The notes: a model not told the origin generated them from the letters alone. DNA of 53,943 nt from an uncultured Pedosphaera sp. (GCA_964533265.1 CAZHJW010000002.1:1-53943), one strand, 5' to 3'. Counted from the first letter of the stretch, positions 20,609 to 30,058 are shown. Numbers and translations are program-made.

Positions 20609-21525
20609 GCGGTGCGCAGACGAGGGTTGAGCCAAATTTGGACAATGTCCACCAACAGATTCAGCATGATAATTAAGGCCGCAAAGAAAAGAACTGTGCC
20701 CATCACCATCGTATAATCACGATTGAAGGCCGCCTCCACAAAGTGCCTGCCTAAACCGGGAATCTGGAAAATGGTTTCTACCACAAAAGAGCCGGATATA
20801 AGACCGGCGACCGCCGGCCCGAGAAAGGCCACAACGGGCATCAGTCCCCCTTTAAGAGCATGCTTCAAAAGAACACGTGTTTCACTGGCTCCCTTTGCAC
20901 GGGCCGTCCGGATATAATCCTGACTCATGACCTCCAGCATTCCACCGCGCGTGAGACGGGCAACATAGGCGGCATATACGCCTCCCAGGGTTAAGGCCGG
21001 CAACACACGATCAGACCATTGATCCCAACCTGAAGCATTAAACCACTCCAATTTCAGAGAAAACAGTAGGATCAAAATCGGTCCCATGACAAATGTCGGC
21101 ACACAAATACCAATCATGGCCAAAGTCATTGGAGTATAATCAAGGAAACTATTAGGCTTGATGGAGGCTATTAACCCCGCAGCTAATCCCAAAACCAACG
21201 CAACCAAAAGAGACCATAACCCCAATTCCGCTGAGACAGGAAAAGCTTTAACTATTACTTCATTGACCTTGCGATTTGAGTGTTTGAACGATGGTCCCAA
21301 ATCCCCGACAGCCAGTTTCCGCAGAAAATCCAGATATTGTCCCGACAGGGGTTTATCCAGCCCATAATGCGCTTCAAGTTGTTTTTTAATCTCAGGATCT
21401 TTAATCGGCTTTTCTCGGTCGAAGGGCCCTCCTGGGGTAAGGCGGAGCATGAAGAAGGTTATGGTGGCAATCACCAAAAGAATCGGAATGGCCTTGAGAA
21501 GCCTAAAGAAAATCAATTTCCACAT
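20605..21525 (-). CDS. Peptide ABC transporter permease (YejB/OppB-like)
   Basis: 306 aa. It has the N-terminal LLKAIPILLVIATITFFMLRLTPGGP and the EAA loop TARAKGASETRVLLKHALKGGLMPVV. Confidence 0.9.
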   Translation of the reverse strand: MWKLIFFRLLKAIPILLVIATITFFMLRLTPGGPFDREKPIKDPEIKKQLEAHYGLDKPLSGQYLDFLRKLAVGDLGPSFKHSNRKVNEVIVKAFPVSAELGLWSLLVALVLGLAAGLIASIKPNSFLDYTPMTLAMIGICVPTFVMGPILILLFSLKLEWFNASGWDQWSDRVLPALTLGGVYAAYVARLTRGGMLEVMSQDYIRTARAKGASETRVLLKHALKGGLMPVVAFLGPAVAGLISGSFVVETIFQIPGLGRHFVEAAFNRDYTMVMGTVLFFAALIIMLNLLVDIVQIWLNPRLRTA

Positions 21526-21540
21526 TGGAACTACGGAAGA

Positions 21541-23166
21541 TTAATCCCCCGGCACAACGGAAACATGTTTATACGGGTGATGGTTTAAAATAGTCGGATG
21601 CCATCCCTTAACCCTAGGGTTGGCCAGATATTTTGAAGTATAGTGATAAATCGGGATGATTGGCATCTCATCCAGTAATATTTCCTCTGCTTGTTCAAAA
21701 AGACTAAATCGCTTCTTTAGGTCGGCCTCCTGTCCGGCCGAATTAATCAGCTGATCAAATTTTTTATTGGTGAAACCGGTGTAATTATTCCCTCCACCGG
21801 TTAACCACATGTCCAGAAAAGTATTGGGATCATTATAATCACCAATCCAGCCAGCCCGGCTCACCTGATACTCCATCTTCTGTTGCGTATTTAGATAGAC
21901 CTTCCACTCCTCATTAGTGAGCTCAATCTGAATCTTGAGATTGTTCTGCCACATTTGCTGGATCGCCTCGGCGATCCGTTGATGTGCTTCTGATGAATTA
22001 TACAGTAATTTAAGTTTAGGGAATCCCTTCCCTTGTGGGTATCCGGCTTCGGCCAATAGCTGAGCAGCCCGATCGGGATCAAACTCAATCTTTGGGCCTC
22101 CATTGTATGTATATCCCCCCGTATCGGGTGGAGTAAAAAATGTGGTTGGCTTATCTGCTCCGCGTAATACGTTGCGAACCAGGCTTTCACGATCCATGGC
22201 AAGTGCAAGTGCCTGCCGAACCTCCTTTTTATTCAGCGGTGGTTCAGTAACATTTAGACGATAGAAATAGACTCCAAGGTAGGGATCCAAGCGAAGATCT
22301 TGAGGGTTCTTCTTACGATAAACATCAATCTTATTGAGTGGAATGGTATTAGAGACATGAATTTGACCACTCCGAAAAGCCCGCTCCTCCACTTCCGCGC
22401 TACTAATCGGCTTAAAGTTAATCTCCTTCAAAGTAACCTTCGCTTTATCCCAATAGGTCGGGCTCTTCTTCACCACAATCACATCGTTGACCTCCCATTT
22501 ATCGAGAACAAAAGGTCCGTTACCAACAAAATTGCCTGGCCGCGTCCAAGGGTTGTTGGGTGAATCAACCGGTCCATACTTTTTAACCGTTGGAATATGA
22601 ACTGGAAACCAAGAATAGTGATTCAGTAATGAAAGGAAATATGGAGTCGGTCCCTGCAGAGTAATCTTCAGGGTATGATCATCGACTGCCTCAAATCCCA
22701 CCTTGGAAAAGTCCTTCAAATCACCGGAGTTAAATTCCTTGGCATTTTTTACCACGTGCAACATATAGGCATATTGAGAAGCCAGTTTGGGTGAAAGCAT
22801 CCTTTTGAAACTTAAGACAAAGTCCTGTGCGGTGACCGTATCCCCTGTCGACCACTTTGCGTTCTGTCGTAATTGAAACGTCCAGATCAACCCATCCTCA
22901 CTATTCTCCCAGCGTTCAGCCACACCGGGAACCGGATGTAAATCCTTCGGATCCTCACCAACCAACCCTTCTATTAAAGCAACCAATATATTGTGCTCAG
23001 GAACCCCAGTAACCACGTGTGGATCCAAACCTTCCGGCTCTGCTCCATTCCCCAAATTTAGAATTTGAGGTGGGGCTGAGGGATCGCCGAATTCGGCTTC
23101 TGGAGAAGACTTGCCACAGCCTAGAAGAATACAAACCAGTACAGAAGTAAGCAACCGCTGGAACAT
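21541..23166 (-). CDS. Family-5 peptide/nickel substrate-binding lipoprotein (YejA/OppA-like)
   Basis: ORF 21541-23265. The probable start is ATG 23166, giving MFQRLLTSVLVCILLGCGKS (lipobox LLGC). Length and blocks (WSTGDTVTAQDFV, NPQDLRLDPYLGVYFY) are typical of SBP_bac_5. Confidence 0.9.
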   Translation of the reverse strand: MFQRLLTSVLVCILLGCGKSSPEAEFGDPSAPPQILNLGNGAEPEGLDPHVVTGVPEHNILVALIEGLVGEDPKDLHPVPGVAERWENSEDGLIWTFQLRQNAKWSTGDTVTAQDFVLSFKRMLSPKLASQYAYMLHVVKNAKEFNSGDLKDFSKVGFEAVDDHTLKITLQGPTPYFLSLLNHYSWFPVHIPTVKKYGPVDSPNNPWTRPGNFVGNGPFVLDKWEVNDVIVVKKSPTYWDKAKVTLKEINFKPISSAEVEERAFRSGQIHVSNTIPLNKIDVYRKKNPQDLRLDPYLGVYFYRLNVTEPPLNKKEVRQALALAMDRESLVRNVLRGADKPTTFFTPPDTGGYTYNGGPKIEFDPDRAAQLLAEAGYPQGKGFPKLKLLYNSSEAHQRIAEAIQQMWQNNLKIQIELTNEEWKVYLNTQQKMEYQVSRAGWIGDYNDPNTFLDMWLTGGGNNYTGFTNKKFDQLINSAGQEADLKKRFSLFEQAEEILLDEMPIIPIYHYTSKYLANPRVKGWHPTILNHHPYKHVSVVPGD

Positions 23167-23209
23167 TGTTGAATCGTGAGTCAAGCCGGCCCTATCGGGC
23201 AAGTGGATT

Positions 23210-24841
23210 CTATTGATTTGGATTTGGCCGCGGCCCCTCGACCACCGGTTCCTCGGGCAGTTCACCCTTTTTTAGTCCTAGCACCGTTCTCAAGCGTGCC
23301 ACCAAAACCGGATCCTCCTCGACCAAAAAAGCACGCAAGCGGGCAATCCGAACTGTCTGAAAGGGCGGAATACTAACACGGTTCTCAGCAGCATTGTCAA
23401 ACCTGTCAGTATAACGTTTATGAAGGTCTTCAGCCATGTTCAAATGCTTAACTGCTTCCTCCTCTTCACCCAAGGCCAAATGAGTAAAGTGCCGAATCAT
23501 GAGACCGATCAAAAGAGCCAACGTCTTATCAATACCTCCCCGACTAACCGCTTCTTTTAAACGGTTAAGAACAAACTTATCCATGTCATAAGTCCAATTC
23601 CCTTCATTATCTTTAGGTTCTATGCCTCCAGTAAAATAAACCATTTTATCAGGGTACCTATCCAAGGCGACCTTCAGCCATTTAACCGCATCCTTTTCAC
23701 GGTTGTAATAGTAATTCCACTCCACCACCCTCCGTAAAAAGTTCATGTGGGCAATTTCATAAGTACCTTCAACATGGGCTTCACGCTCCTTCTTAGCCAT
23801 AACGGCCATATCTATATAAGCCTGATGGGTGCGTTCGGTTAAATCCATATTAGGAACAACGGTAAGTGGATTATTGAAGTACTGATCGGGTGGAATCGAC
23901 TGACCTGAAGGTGTGTTTAATTTACCCCGATCAAAACTGTACATCATAGATTGGTAAACAATTCGCTCCAACTTCCGCAAATCATTCTCCTTGGACGGAT
24001 TATGCCGACAGCGCTTGAGTCCCACCATCCCCCAGTAAATTGCCTGAGTTTCGGGTTTGCGCCAATCCAAGGCGTAAACAACCGTTCCATCATCCTTCTC
24101 CACTCGCCCGTACTTCTCATTAACAGCCTTCATCTCGCGGGGATCAAGCTTGTATTCCTTACGTAATCGCTGCACACGTGCAGCGACCTCTTCATTGGGG
24201 GGATCAATTAACTCATCAAAGTTAGGCACCCCTCGCATGGTATTGGCCTGAGCTTCATCCTTCCACAACACTGCAGTCATCGCCTGCAACCAACGAAGCT
24301 TATAATAGCGATGATGATCATCCAAATTATGGCCAATCTTATGCTGAAAAATCCATCCTAACTCATGGTAGATAAGGGGTTCCTGCGGATTGTACTTTAT
24401 CCCGTGATCCCGTAATAAACTGACCCCCTCTGAAACATATTTCCACCTCGTCTCCGCATCAGGATAAGTCACCGATATATTGTAGGCCATGTTCCACGCC
24501 CGATTTCTCCATACCATGGAGACTTTCGGCTGAAGCTGCGCAACCCACTCTGAGAGCTGCATTTGTTCCTGATATTTTTTCTGCAGCTGCATTTCATTGG
24601 CACGCAGCCAGAGATAGGAAGAAATAAGGCCACGGAACCCTCCTAATGACTGAGTAGTTAACGCCAATAATGGCGGGGCATCCTGCAGTGGCTCCAGATA
24701 AGTTGGACTGAGTTCTCCACGCTGAGTATTAAGCCCATCCTGAACCAGAAACAGTCCCGCCAAAGAAACCATAACCATGCCAATCAACGCAATCTTGGGC
24801 GGCGTATCCATCGTGGTACTGCGGTTTTCCCTATCCATCAT
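23210..24841 (-). CDS. Hypothetical membrane-anchored protein (no family recognised)
   Basis: 543-aa ORF. Its ATG overlaps the stop of the upstream permease-like gene (ATGA at 24838-24841). It has one N-terminal TM (IALIGMVMVSLAGLFLV) and is otherwise helix-rich and soluble-looking (WNMAYNISVTYPD, YHELGWIFQHKIG). Confidence 0.7.
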   Translation of the reverse strand: MMDRENRSTTMDTPPKIALIGMVMVSLAGLFLVQDGLNTQRGELSPTYLEPLQDAPPLLALTTQSLGGFRGLISSYLWLRANEMQLQKKYQEQMQLSEWVAQLQPKVSMVWRNRAWNMAYNISVTYPDAETRWKYVSEGVSLLRDHGIKYNPQEPLIYHELGWIFQHKIGHNLDDHHRYYKLRWLQAMTAVLWKDEAQANTMRGVPNFDELIDPPNEEVAARVQRLRKEYKLDPREMKAVNEKYGRVEKDDGTVVYALDWRKPETQAIYWGMVGLKRCRHNPSKENDLRKLERIVYQSMMYSFDRGKLNTPSGQSIPPDQYFNNPLTVVPNMDLTERTHQAYIDMAVMAKKEREAHVEGTYEIAHMNFLRRVVEWNYYYNREKDAVKWLKVALDRYPDKMVYFTGGIEPKDNEGNWTYDMDKFVLNRLKEAVSRGGIDKTLALLIGLMIRHFTHLALGEEEEAVKHLNMAEDLHKRYTDRFDNAAENRVSIPPFQTVRIARLRAFLVEEDPVLVARLRTVLGLKKGELPEEPVVEGPRPNPNQ

Positions 24842-26853
24842 TCACCTCCTCCAGCATCGATAAGATCTCCCTCTCCTGCTGCAAGCCTGTGACGCAAGAT
24901 TAAGGCGACACCTATAATCCCAACTATGAAGGCCCCGGTTAGACCCCAAAGGAGCATTCCAACAAAAACGGCTAACAGCATAACGAGAAATTCGGTGCCA
25001 ATAAAGGAATCTCCTCCTCCGGACTCACTTGTAAGCGCCAATTGCCGACTGGAAAGAATATAACTTCCCAAGAATCCCAAGGTAAGACCGGAAATACCCC
25101 AAATATACCCGTATGCACGCAATAATTCCATCCAGGTGATACTCCGCCCCTCTGTCAGTTTTTCAATCGGAGAATAATCTTTTATCGGCTTAATCAAAGT
25201 AACCATCACTTTGAAGGCCGGTACGGCAAAGTTATCGACATAGGACTTGTCACGCTGGCCGTCAGTATAGGTCTGCATGATAGTTCCCTTATCAACCACA
25301 TCCTGCACCAGACCCAAGGCGGCAACCCCGATCAGGATACCCAAACAGGCAAATGCGGACATCGCGAAGGACATGAAACTCCCCGCAAATAAACCCAAAG
25401 CCGCCAGAGCCCCCAACCACGCAAAAACGATGCCCAAGGCACGGAAATAGTTTATCGCAAACCCCGTCTCCCGGTACACCATCTCAATTCCTTCACCCCC
25501 TATCCGCCCCCGCGAATCAAGATAAGGCACCTTCAACTTTGCCGGCCCTGCATTGTACATCGCAATCGACATAACGTCATTTGTACCGAAGATATTCACC
25601 CTCTTCCCCTTCTCATTTGTGGGCAATGATACAGGCATCGGCACCTCATGTACTTTTCTAGCATCCAATTGAATATCGCCACCCCGAAAACGTTGATTTC
25701 CCGGTCCAAAACGAAATAAAAGGGGATACAATCGGTCTGCCTTGTAACTTACCTGAGTATCCTCAAAATATAAACGCATGGTAAACATATCCAGTTCGTC
25801 GGGATTCCATCGCGCCGGCTTTTTAAATTGGAGCGCCAGGCCTTCTCCTTCGTTTAAAACCTGCGAATAGCCTTTAATTTCTGCTCTGATCTCGTTGGTG
25901 GCTTCCATTCTCTCAAAACTGTCCAGCTCTTGTGAAAGCTCACTCGGCTTAACACCCCCTTTCCTTTCAATTTCATTTTTTACCTGTAATAATTGAGCTT
26001 CACGCGTTGGCCAATACTGATCGAACATTCCTCCAATCCATGTTTCCAAAGGGCCACCCCTCGAACTCAAAGGCGCATTGGTAGCCGCCTGAAACAAAAC
26101 CCTTCGTTCGATTGTGGCTGTCATCGGGATGCGCGCGCGCGCCACCAATAGTTCCTCCCTTAGTTTCTTCTCCTCGACCCCGGCCAGTTCCTCCCTCATT
26201 TCGTCCGTCGGTCGTAATAAAGGTTCTCTTCCCTTAAGTTCATTGATCGTATTTTTTATCTGCTCCACTACCTGAGGATCCCCTCTCATTGCCTCACGTA
26301 AATCATCGAGTAAGGGTTGCGGCTCAGAAGTGCCCAAGGGAAGCCTATCGTTCTCGGGATCTTGGACAAAAACCGGGTTTCCGGAACGGATGGTTTCCAT
26401 GACAATTTCAAGGTCCGGTCGATTCTCCATTCTTTCCAACTCATCCCAAGTCAATTTGTTTGCCCGGTATTCCACCATGCCATACACGGTTCCCCCCGCG
26501 AAGATCAGTAAAACAAGATTCATGCTCATCACCCCGATCCACTTTCCCAACCAAATTTGCCAACGCGGGATGGGCTTGGTCACAACCATCTGTAATTGAT
26601 GATTCTCAATTTCATTAGCCAGTGAACCCGCTGAAATCCACAATGTAGCCGCCCCCATGATCGCAGTGATCATTGAGAGAGTGTAGGTAATCAGAATCTG
26701 GGTCATTCCAGCCGCAGATCCGTCATCTTTTACGATCAGTGGCAGCACCCCCACAGCCAATGTCAGAAGCACCAGCATTACCCAGAAGAAACGATAACGG
26801 ACCGAAGCCTTCCAAGTCAAAAAGACGACAGCGAATAGCGGTTTAACCCACAT
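24838..26853 (-). CDS. ABC-2-type permease-like membrane protein with a large soluble insertion
   Basis: 671 aa. The N-terminal TMs and the block SLANEIENHQLQMVVTKPIPRWQIWLGKW resemble the ExxxGT...KP..R motif of the ABC-2 (NosY/YhaP-like) permease family. About 340 charged, non-hydrophobic residues (roughly 25443-26472) are inserted before the C-terminal TM bundle. The gap to the ABC ATPase gene is 2 nt. Confidence 0.75.
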   Translation of the reverse strand: MWVKPLFAVVFLTWKASVRYRFFWVMLVLLTLAVGVLPLIVKDDGSAAGMTQILITYTLSMITAIMGAATLWISAGSLANEIENHQLQMVVTKPIPRWQIWLGKWIGVMSMNLVLLIFAGGTVYGMVEYRANKLTWDELERMENRPDLEIVMETIRSGNPVFVQDPENDRLPLGTSEPQPLLDDLREAMRGDPQVVEQIKNTINELKGREPLLRPTDEMREELAGVEEKKLREELLVARARIPMTATIERRVLFQAATNAPLSSRGGPLETWIGGMFDQYWPTREAQLLQVKNEIERKGGVKPSELSQELDSFERMEATNEIRAEIKGYSQVLNEGEGLALQFKKPARWNPDELDMFTMRLYFEDTQVSYKADRLYPLLFRFGPGNQRFRGGDIQLDARKVHEVPMPVSLPTNEKGKRVNIFGTNDVMSIAMYNAGPAKLKVPYLDSRGRIGGEGIEMVYRETGFAINYFRALGIVFAWLGALAALGLFAGSFMSFAMSAFACLGILIGVAALGLVQDVVDKGTIMQTYTDGQRDKSYVDNFAVPAFKVMVTLIKPIKDYSPIEKLTEGRSITWMELLRAYGYIWGISGLTLGFLGSYILSSRQLALTSESGGGDSFIGTEFLVMLLAVFVGMLLWGLTGAFIVGIIGVALILRHRLAAGEGDLIDAGGGE

Positions 26854-26855
26854 GG

Positions 26856-28058
26856 TTAGTCCCCACCCAAAAGGCCGGACAACTTGTCATCGACCTCATC
26901 GAGGCTTTTCTTTTCTGCCACCTTCTTTTCCATAGATGATTCTATTGGTGACTTGGGCTCCGGTTTGGTTTCGGAAAGTGAGTCCAGCTTCGCCTCGTCC
27001 ACTTTTGGCTCCGGAATTCCCACTGCTTCCACATCCCGCGTGGATTCGGGCTTGCCAGCTTCCTTGTCAGCCAAACGATTGAGCATCGTTTCAGCCTGAG
27101 TGGGCACAGGCTGGTCAGCCCGCAAAAATTCGGCAACTTCACTTCCTGAGGTTGCCCCTGAGGTCTCATCTGAAGCCCGCGCCTTTTCGACGACGTTCAA
27201 GAACAAGCTCTCAAGATTTTGTGAGGGATTATCCACTCGAATATTTTCCTTATCAGCGTGTCGCTGCATCACTTCTAGAACCTCCTTTTGAGCCACTTCA
27301 CTTAACGCAGGCATCGTAAACTGAACGGTATCACGCTCAGTCAAGAGTTCATCAAGCGTTCCGTACTGCTGAATTTTTCCCCCATAATAAATCACAGCAC
27401 GATCGCATACATCTTCTACATCGGCCAAAAGATGACTAGAAAGAAGCACTGTCTTACCACGGGCTTTCAAATTAAGGATGAGATCTTTGATTTCACGGCA
27501 ACCTACCGGGTCCATTCCTGCAGTCGGCTCATCCAAAATCACCAAATCCGGGTCATTAATGAGGGCTTGAGCAAGACCGATGCGCCGCTGCATCCCCTTG
27601 GAGAATTCACCTACCGTACGCATCTGCACGCCCTTTAGCCCAACCATTTCCAATAGCTGCTCAGACCGGCGCTTTTTTTCCCTTGAATCCAGCGCAAACA
27701 AACCCCCGAAAAAGTCCAGCGTCTCCTCCGAGTTCAGGTACCTATATAAGTAGGATTCCTCAGGCAGATATCCAATTCGCTCCTTGGTTTTCACGTCGCG
27801 AGGCGAACGACCAAAAATCCGCACCACCCCGCGCGTAGGATTTAACAACCCCAACAATACCTTGATGGTTGTAGACTTACCCGACCCATTGGGGCCTAAC
27901 AACCCAAAAACCTCACCCTTACGAACCTCAAAGTTAACTTCATCAATCGCCTTGGCCTTGGGCCGCCCCCAGAAATCACAGAACGTTTTCTCCAATGAAC
28001 GAACAACAACGACATCATCGCTGTTAGTCACCCCTTTGGTTGCTACAGGTGTTTCCAT
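26856..28058 (-). CDS. ABC transporter ATP-binding protein (ABC-2/CcmA-type) with a roughly 100-aa disordered C-terminal tail
   Basis: 400 aa. Walker A GPNGSGKST, signature FSKGMQRR, Walker B LVILDEPTAGMD, H-loop LLSSHLL. The C-terminal tail is rich in S/T/E/K/P (SDETSGATSGSE...SLSETKPEPKSPIESSMEKKVAEKK). Confidence 0.92.
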   Translation of the reverse strand: METPVATKGVTNSDDVVVVRSLEKTFCDFWGRPKAKAIDEVNFEVRKGEVFGLLGPNGSGKSTTIKVLLGLLNPTRGVVRIFGRSPRDVKTKERIGYLPEESYLYRYLNSEETLDFFGGLFALDSREKKRRSEQLLEMVGLKGVQMRTVGEFSKGMQRRIGLAQALINDPDLVILDEPTAGMDPVGCREIKDLILNLKARGKTVLLSSHLLADVEDVCDRAVIYYGGKIQQYGTLDELLTERDTVQFTMPALSEVAQKEVLEVMQRHADKENIRVDNPSQNLESLFLNVVEKARASDETSGATSGSEVAEFLRADQPVPTQAETMLNRLADKEAGKPESTRDVEAVGIPEPKVDEAKLDSLSETKPEPKSPIESSMEKKVAEKKSLDEVDDKLSGLLGGD

Positions 28059-28072
28059 TGGATCGATTTTTC

Positions 28073-30052
28073 TTATGCGGCGGCAGTTGCCATTTCGTCA
28101 GATTTATCGACCGAATCCCCAGTCTTTTGGAAAGAATCAGCCTCGGGCGTATCAAAGGCTTCAAATTCTTCGCCTTCGCGCACCAAACGTGCGCTGTTAA
28201 AGACAACAAAGAGTGACCCTAATACATTCAACATTGCCGCAAGAACCGGGGTAATAATGTTCAACGCCGCCAACACTAGTCCAACAATTACGAATAATAC
28301 TCCAAACACAAAATTCTGATTGATAACTGACCGGGTCATTCGAGAAAGATGCATCAGGAAAGGAAGCCGCCGTAAGTCGTTATTCATCAACGCGATTGTA
28401 GCACTTTGAATCGCAACATCGCTTCCTGCCGCTCCCATAGCGATACCGATGTCTCCAGCCTTAAGTGCTGGGGCATCATTTACTCCGTCCCCTACAAATG
28501 CGACCTTATAGCCTTTTGCGCGCAAGTCCTCCACATATTTAACCTTCTCAGCTGGGAAACAATCCGCCTGCACATTGTCACAACCCACCTCCGCGGCCAC
28601 ACGCTCAGCCACCGGAGCACGGTCTCCTGACACAATCGCGAGCCGTCTTACCCCCTCCAGGGTCAATTCACTCAGCGATTCACTCGCTTCAGAACGAATT
28701 TCATCGGTCATCCCAACCCACCCAATAAATTTTCCATCCCGGGCTACGTGCATCAGGCTGTATCCCTGCGTTTCATCCAAATCTACAGAACCTGCAATGT
28801 CCCCTTCTATTTCATTTTCCTCTAACCAAACCTGACGACCTACCAGAACCGACTGACCGTTCACTTGAGCCTTCACCCCTTTCCCCGCTATTTCTGAAAA
28901 ATCCTTGGGTTCAACCAAATCCACTCCCGCCTCAGTAGCCAAGGACATAATCGCCTTGGCCGTCGGGTGATTACTGTATTGCTCTGCAGAAGCAGTCAGC
29001 AACAAAAGCTCAGCAGGCTTGACTCCTTCCACGGGAGCTAAACGACTAACCTTGAGAGTGCCCGTTGTAATTGTTCCGGTTTTATCAAAAATGAATGCAT
29101 TAATTCGGGCAGCTAATTCGATGTCACTGACCTGCTTGATCATAATTCCCAAACGGGAAGCGGTCGCCACCGCCGCCACCATGGCCGTTGGCGTTGCCAG
29201 AATAAAGGCAACTGGACTGGAAACAATAAAAACAGAAATGACGCGGTTCAGGTCTTGGGTAAATGCCCAGACCAATGCTCCAATGACGAGGACAAGTGGT
29301 GTGTAAAAACCCATGTACTGGTCTACGATCTTTTCAAAATGAGTCTTGGACTGGGAAGCCTGTAGAATGAGTTCGCGCACCCGACCAAACTCAGTTTCCA
29401 CGCCCACCTTCGTGACTTTTACTTCCAATACACCGTCAATATTTATAGTGCCTTGAAACACGGGATCGCCGGGACTTTTGTCCACTGGCAATGATTCCCC
29501 AGTAATATTCGCCTGATTGATAGATCCACTACCTGTAAGTATATCCCCATCAGCCGGCACGTTGTCCCCCGGCCTCACGCGTATATGATTTCCAACCGCC
29601 AAATCATTGGCTGAAACCTCTTCTTCGACACCTTCCTCAGTAATTCGACTGGCCTTGGTTGGTGCACGCTCCAATAACCGGCGAATCGCCTCCTGTGCCC
29701 CCGAAGCTGTACGGGATTCAATCATTTCTGCGAGCAGCATGAAGAAAGCTACTAAGCCCGCAGCGTGATAGTCCCCGTGAGCAAAGGTGGCGAGTACCGC
29801 AATAGCCACCAGTTCATTCGTGGTAAGCAAACCCTGTTGCAGATCCTTAACGGTGGTACGGAAAATTCGAATGCCAAGAATAATTGCCCCTATCATTGCA
29901 CTGAAATCGCCAACCCGAGATTCTTCTCCAAGAATCCAGTCGGCAAAAAAGCCATTCACGATGAACACAATACCCGCAAATATAAATTTCACGGTTGTAG
30001 CCGACGACGAGTCCTCGTTTGCAGATTCAGATTGGCTCACCATGCTGTCCAT
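28073..30052 (-). CDS. P-type ATPase, P1B-like architecture, atypical (SPV instead of the CPC-type motif, no N-terminal metal-binding domain)
   Basis: 659 aa. Motifs: TGES (ITGESLPV), DKTGTIT, the N-domain HP dipeptide (SNHPTAKA), GDGVNDAPAL. Four TMs precede the A-domain, as in P1B pumps. The TM4 motif reads VSSPVAFILATPTA (SPV = 29210-29218). Confidence 0.9.
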   Translation of the reverse strand: MDSMVSQSESANEDSSSATTVKFIFAGIVFIVNGFFADWILGEESRVGDFSAMIGAIILGIRIFRTTVKDLQQGLLTTNELVAIAVLATFAHGDYHAAGLVAFFMLLAEMIESRTASGAQEAIRRLLERAPTKASRITEEGVEEEVSANDLAVGNHIRVRPGDNVPADGDILTGSGSINQANITGESLPVDKSPGDPVFQGTINIDGVLEVKVTKVGVETEFGRVRELILQASQSKTHFEKIVDQYMGFYTPLVLVIGALVWAFTQDLNRVISVFIVSSPVAFILATPTAMVAAVATASRLGIMIKQVSDIELAARINAFIFDKTGTITTGTLKVSRLAPVEGVKPAELLLLTASAEQYSNHPTAKAIMSLATEAGVDLVEPKDFSEIAGKGVKAQVNGQSVLVGRQVWLEENEIEGDIAGSVDLDETQGYSLMHVARDGKFIGWVGMTDEIRSEASESLSELTLEGVRRLAIVSGDRAPVAERVAAEVGCDNVQADCFPAEKVKYVEDLRAKGYKVAFVGDGVNDAPALKAGDIGIAMGAAGSDVAIQSATIALMNNDLRRLPFLMHLSRMTRSVINQNFVFGVLFVIVGLVLAALNIITPVLAAMLNVLGSLFVVFNSARLVREGEEFEAFDTPEADSFQKTGDSVDKSDEMATAAA

Positions 30053-30058
30053 ACCTCG

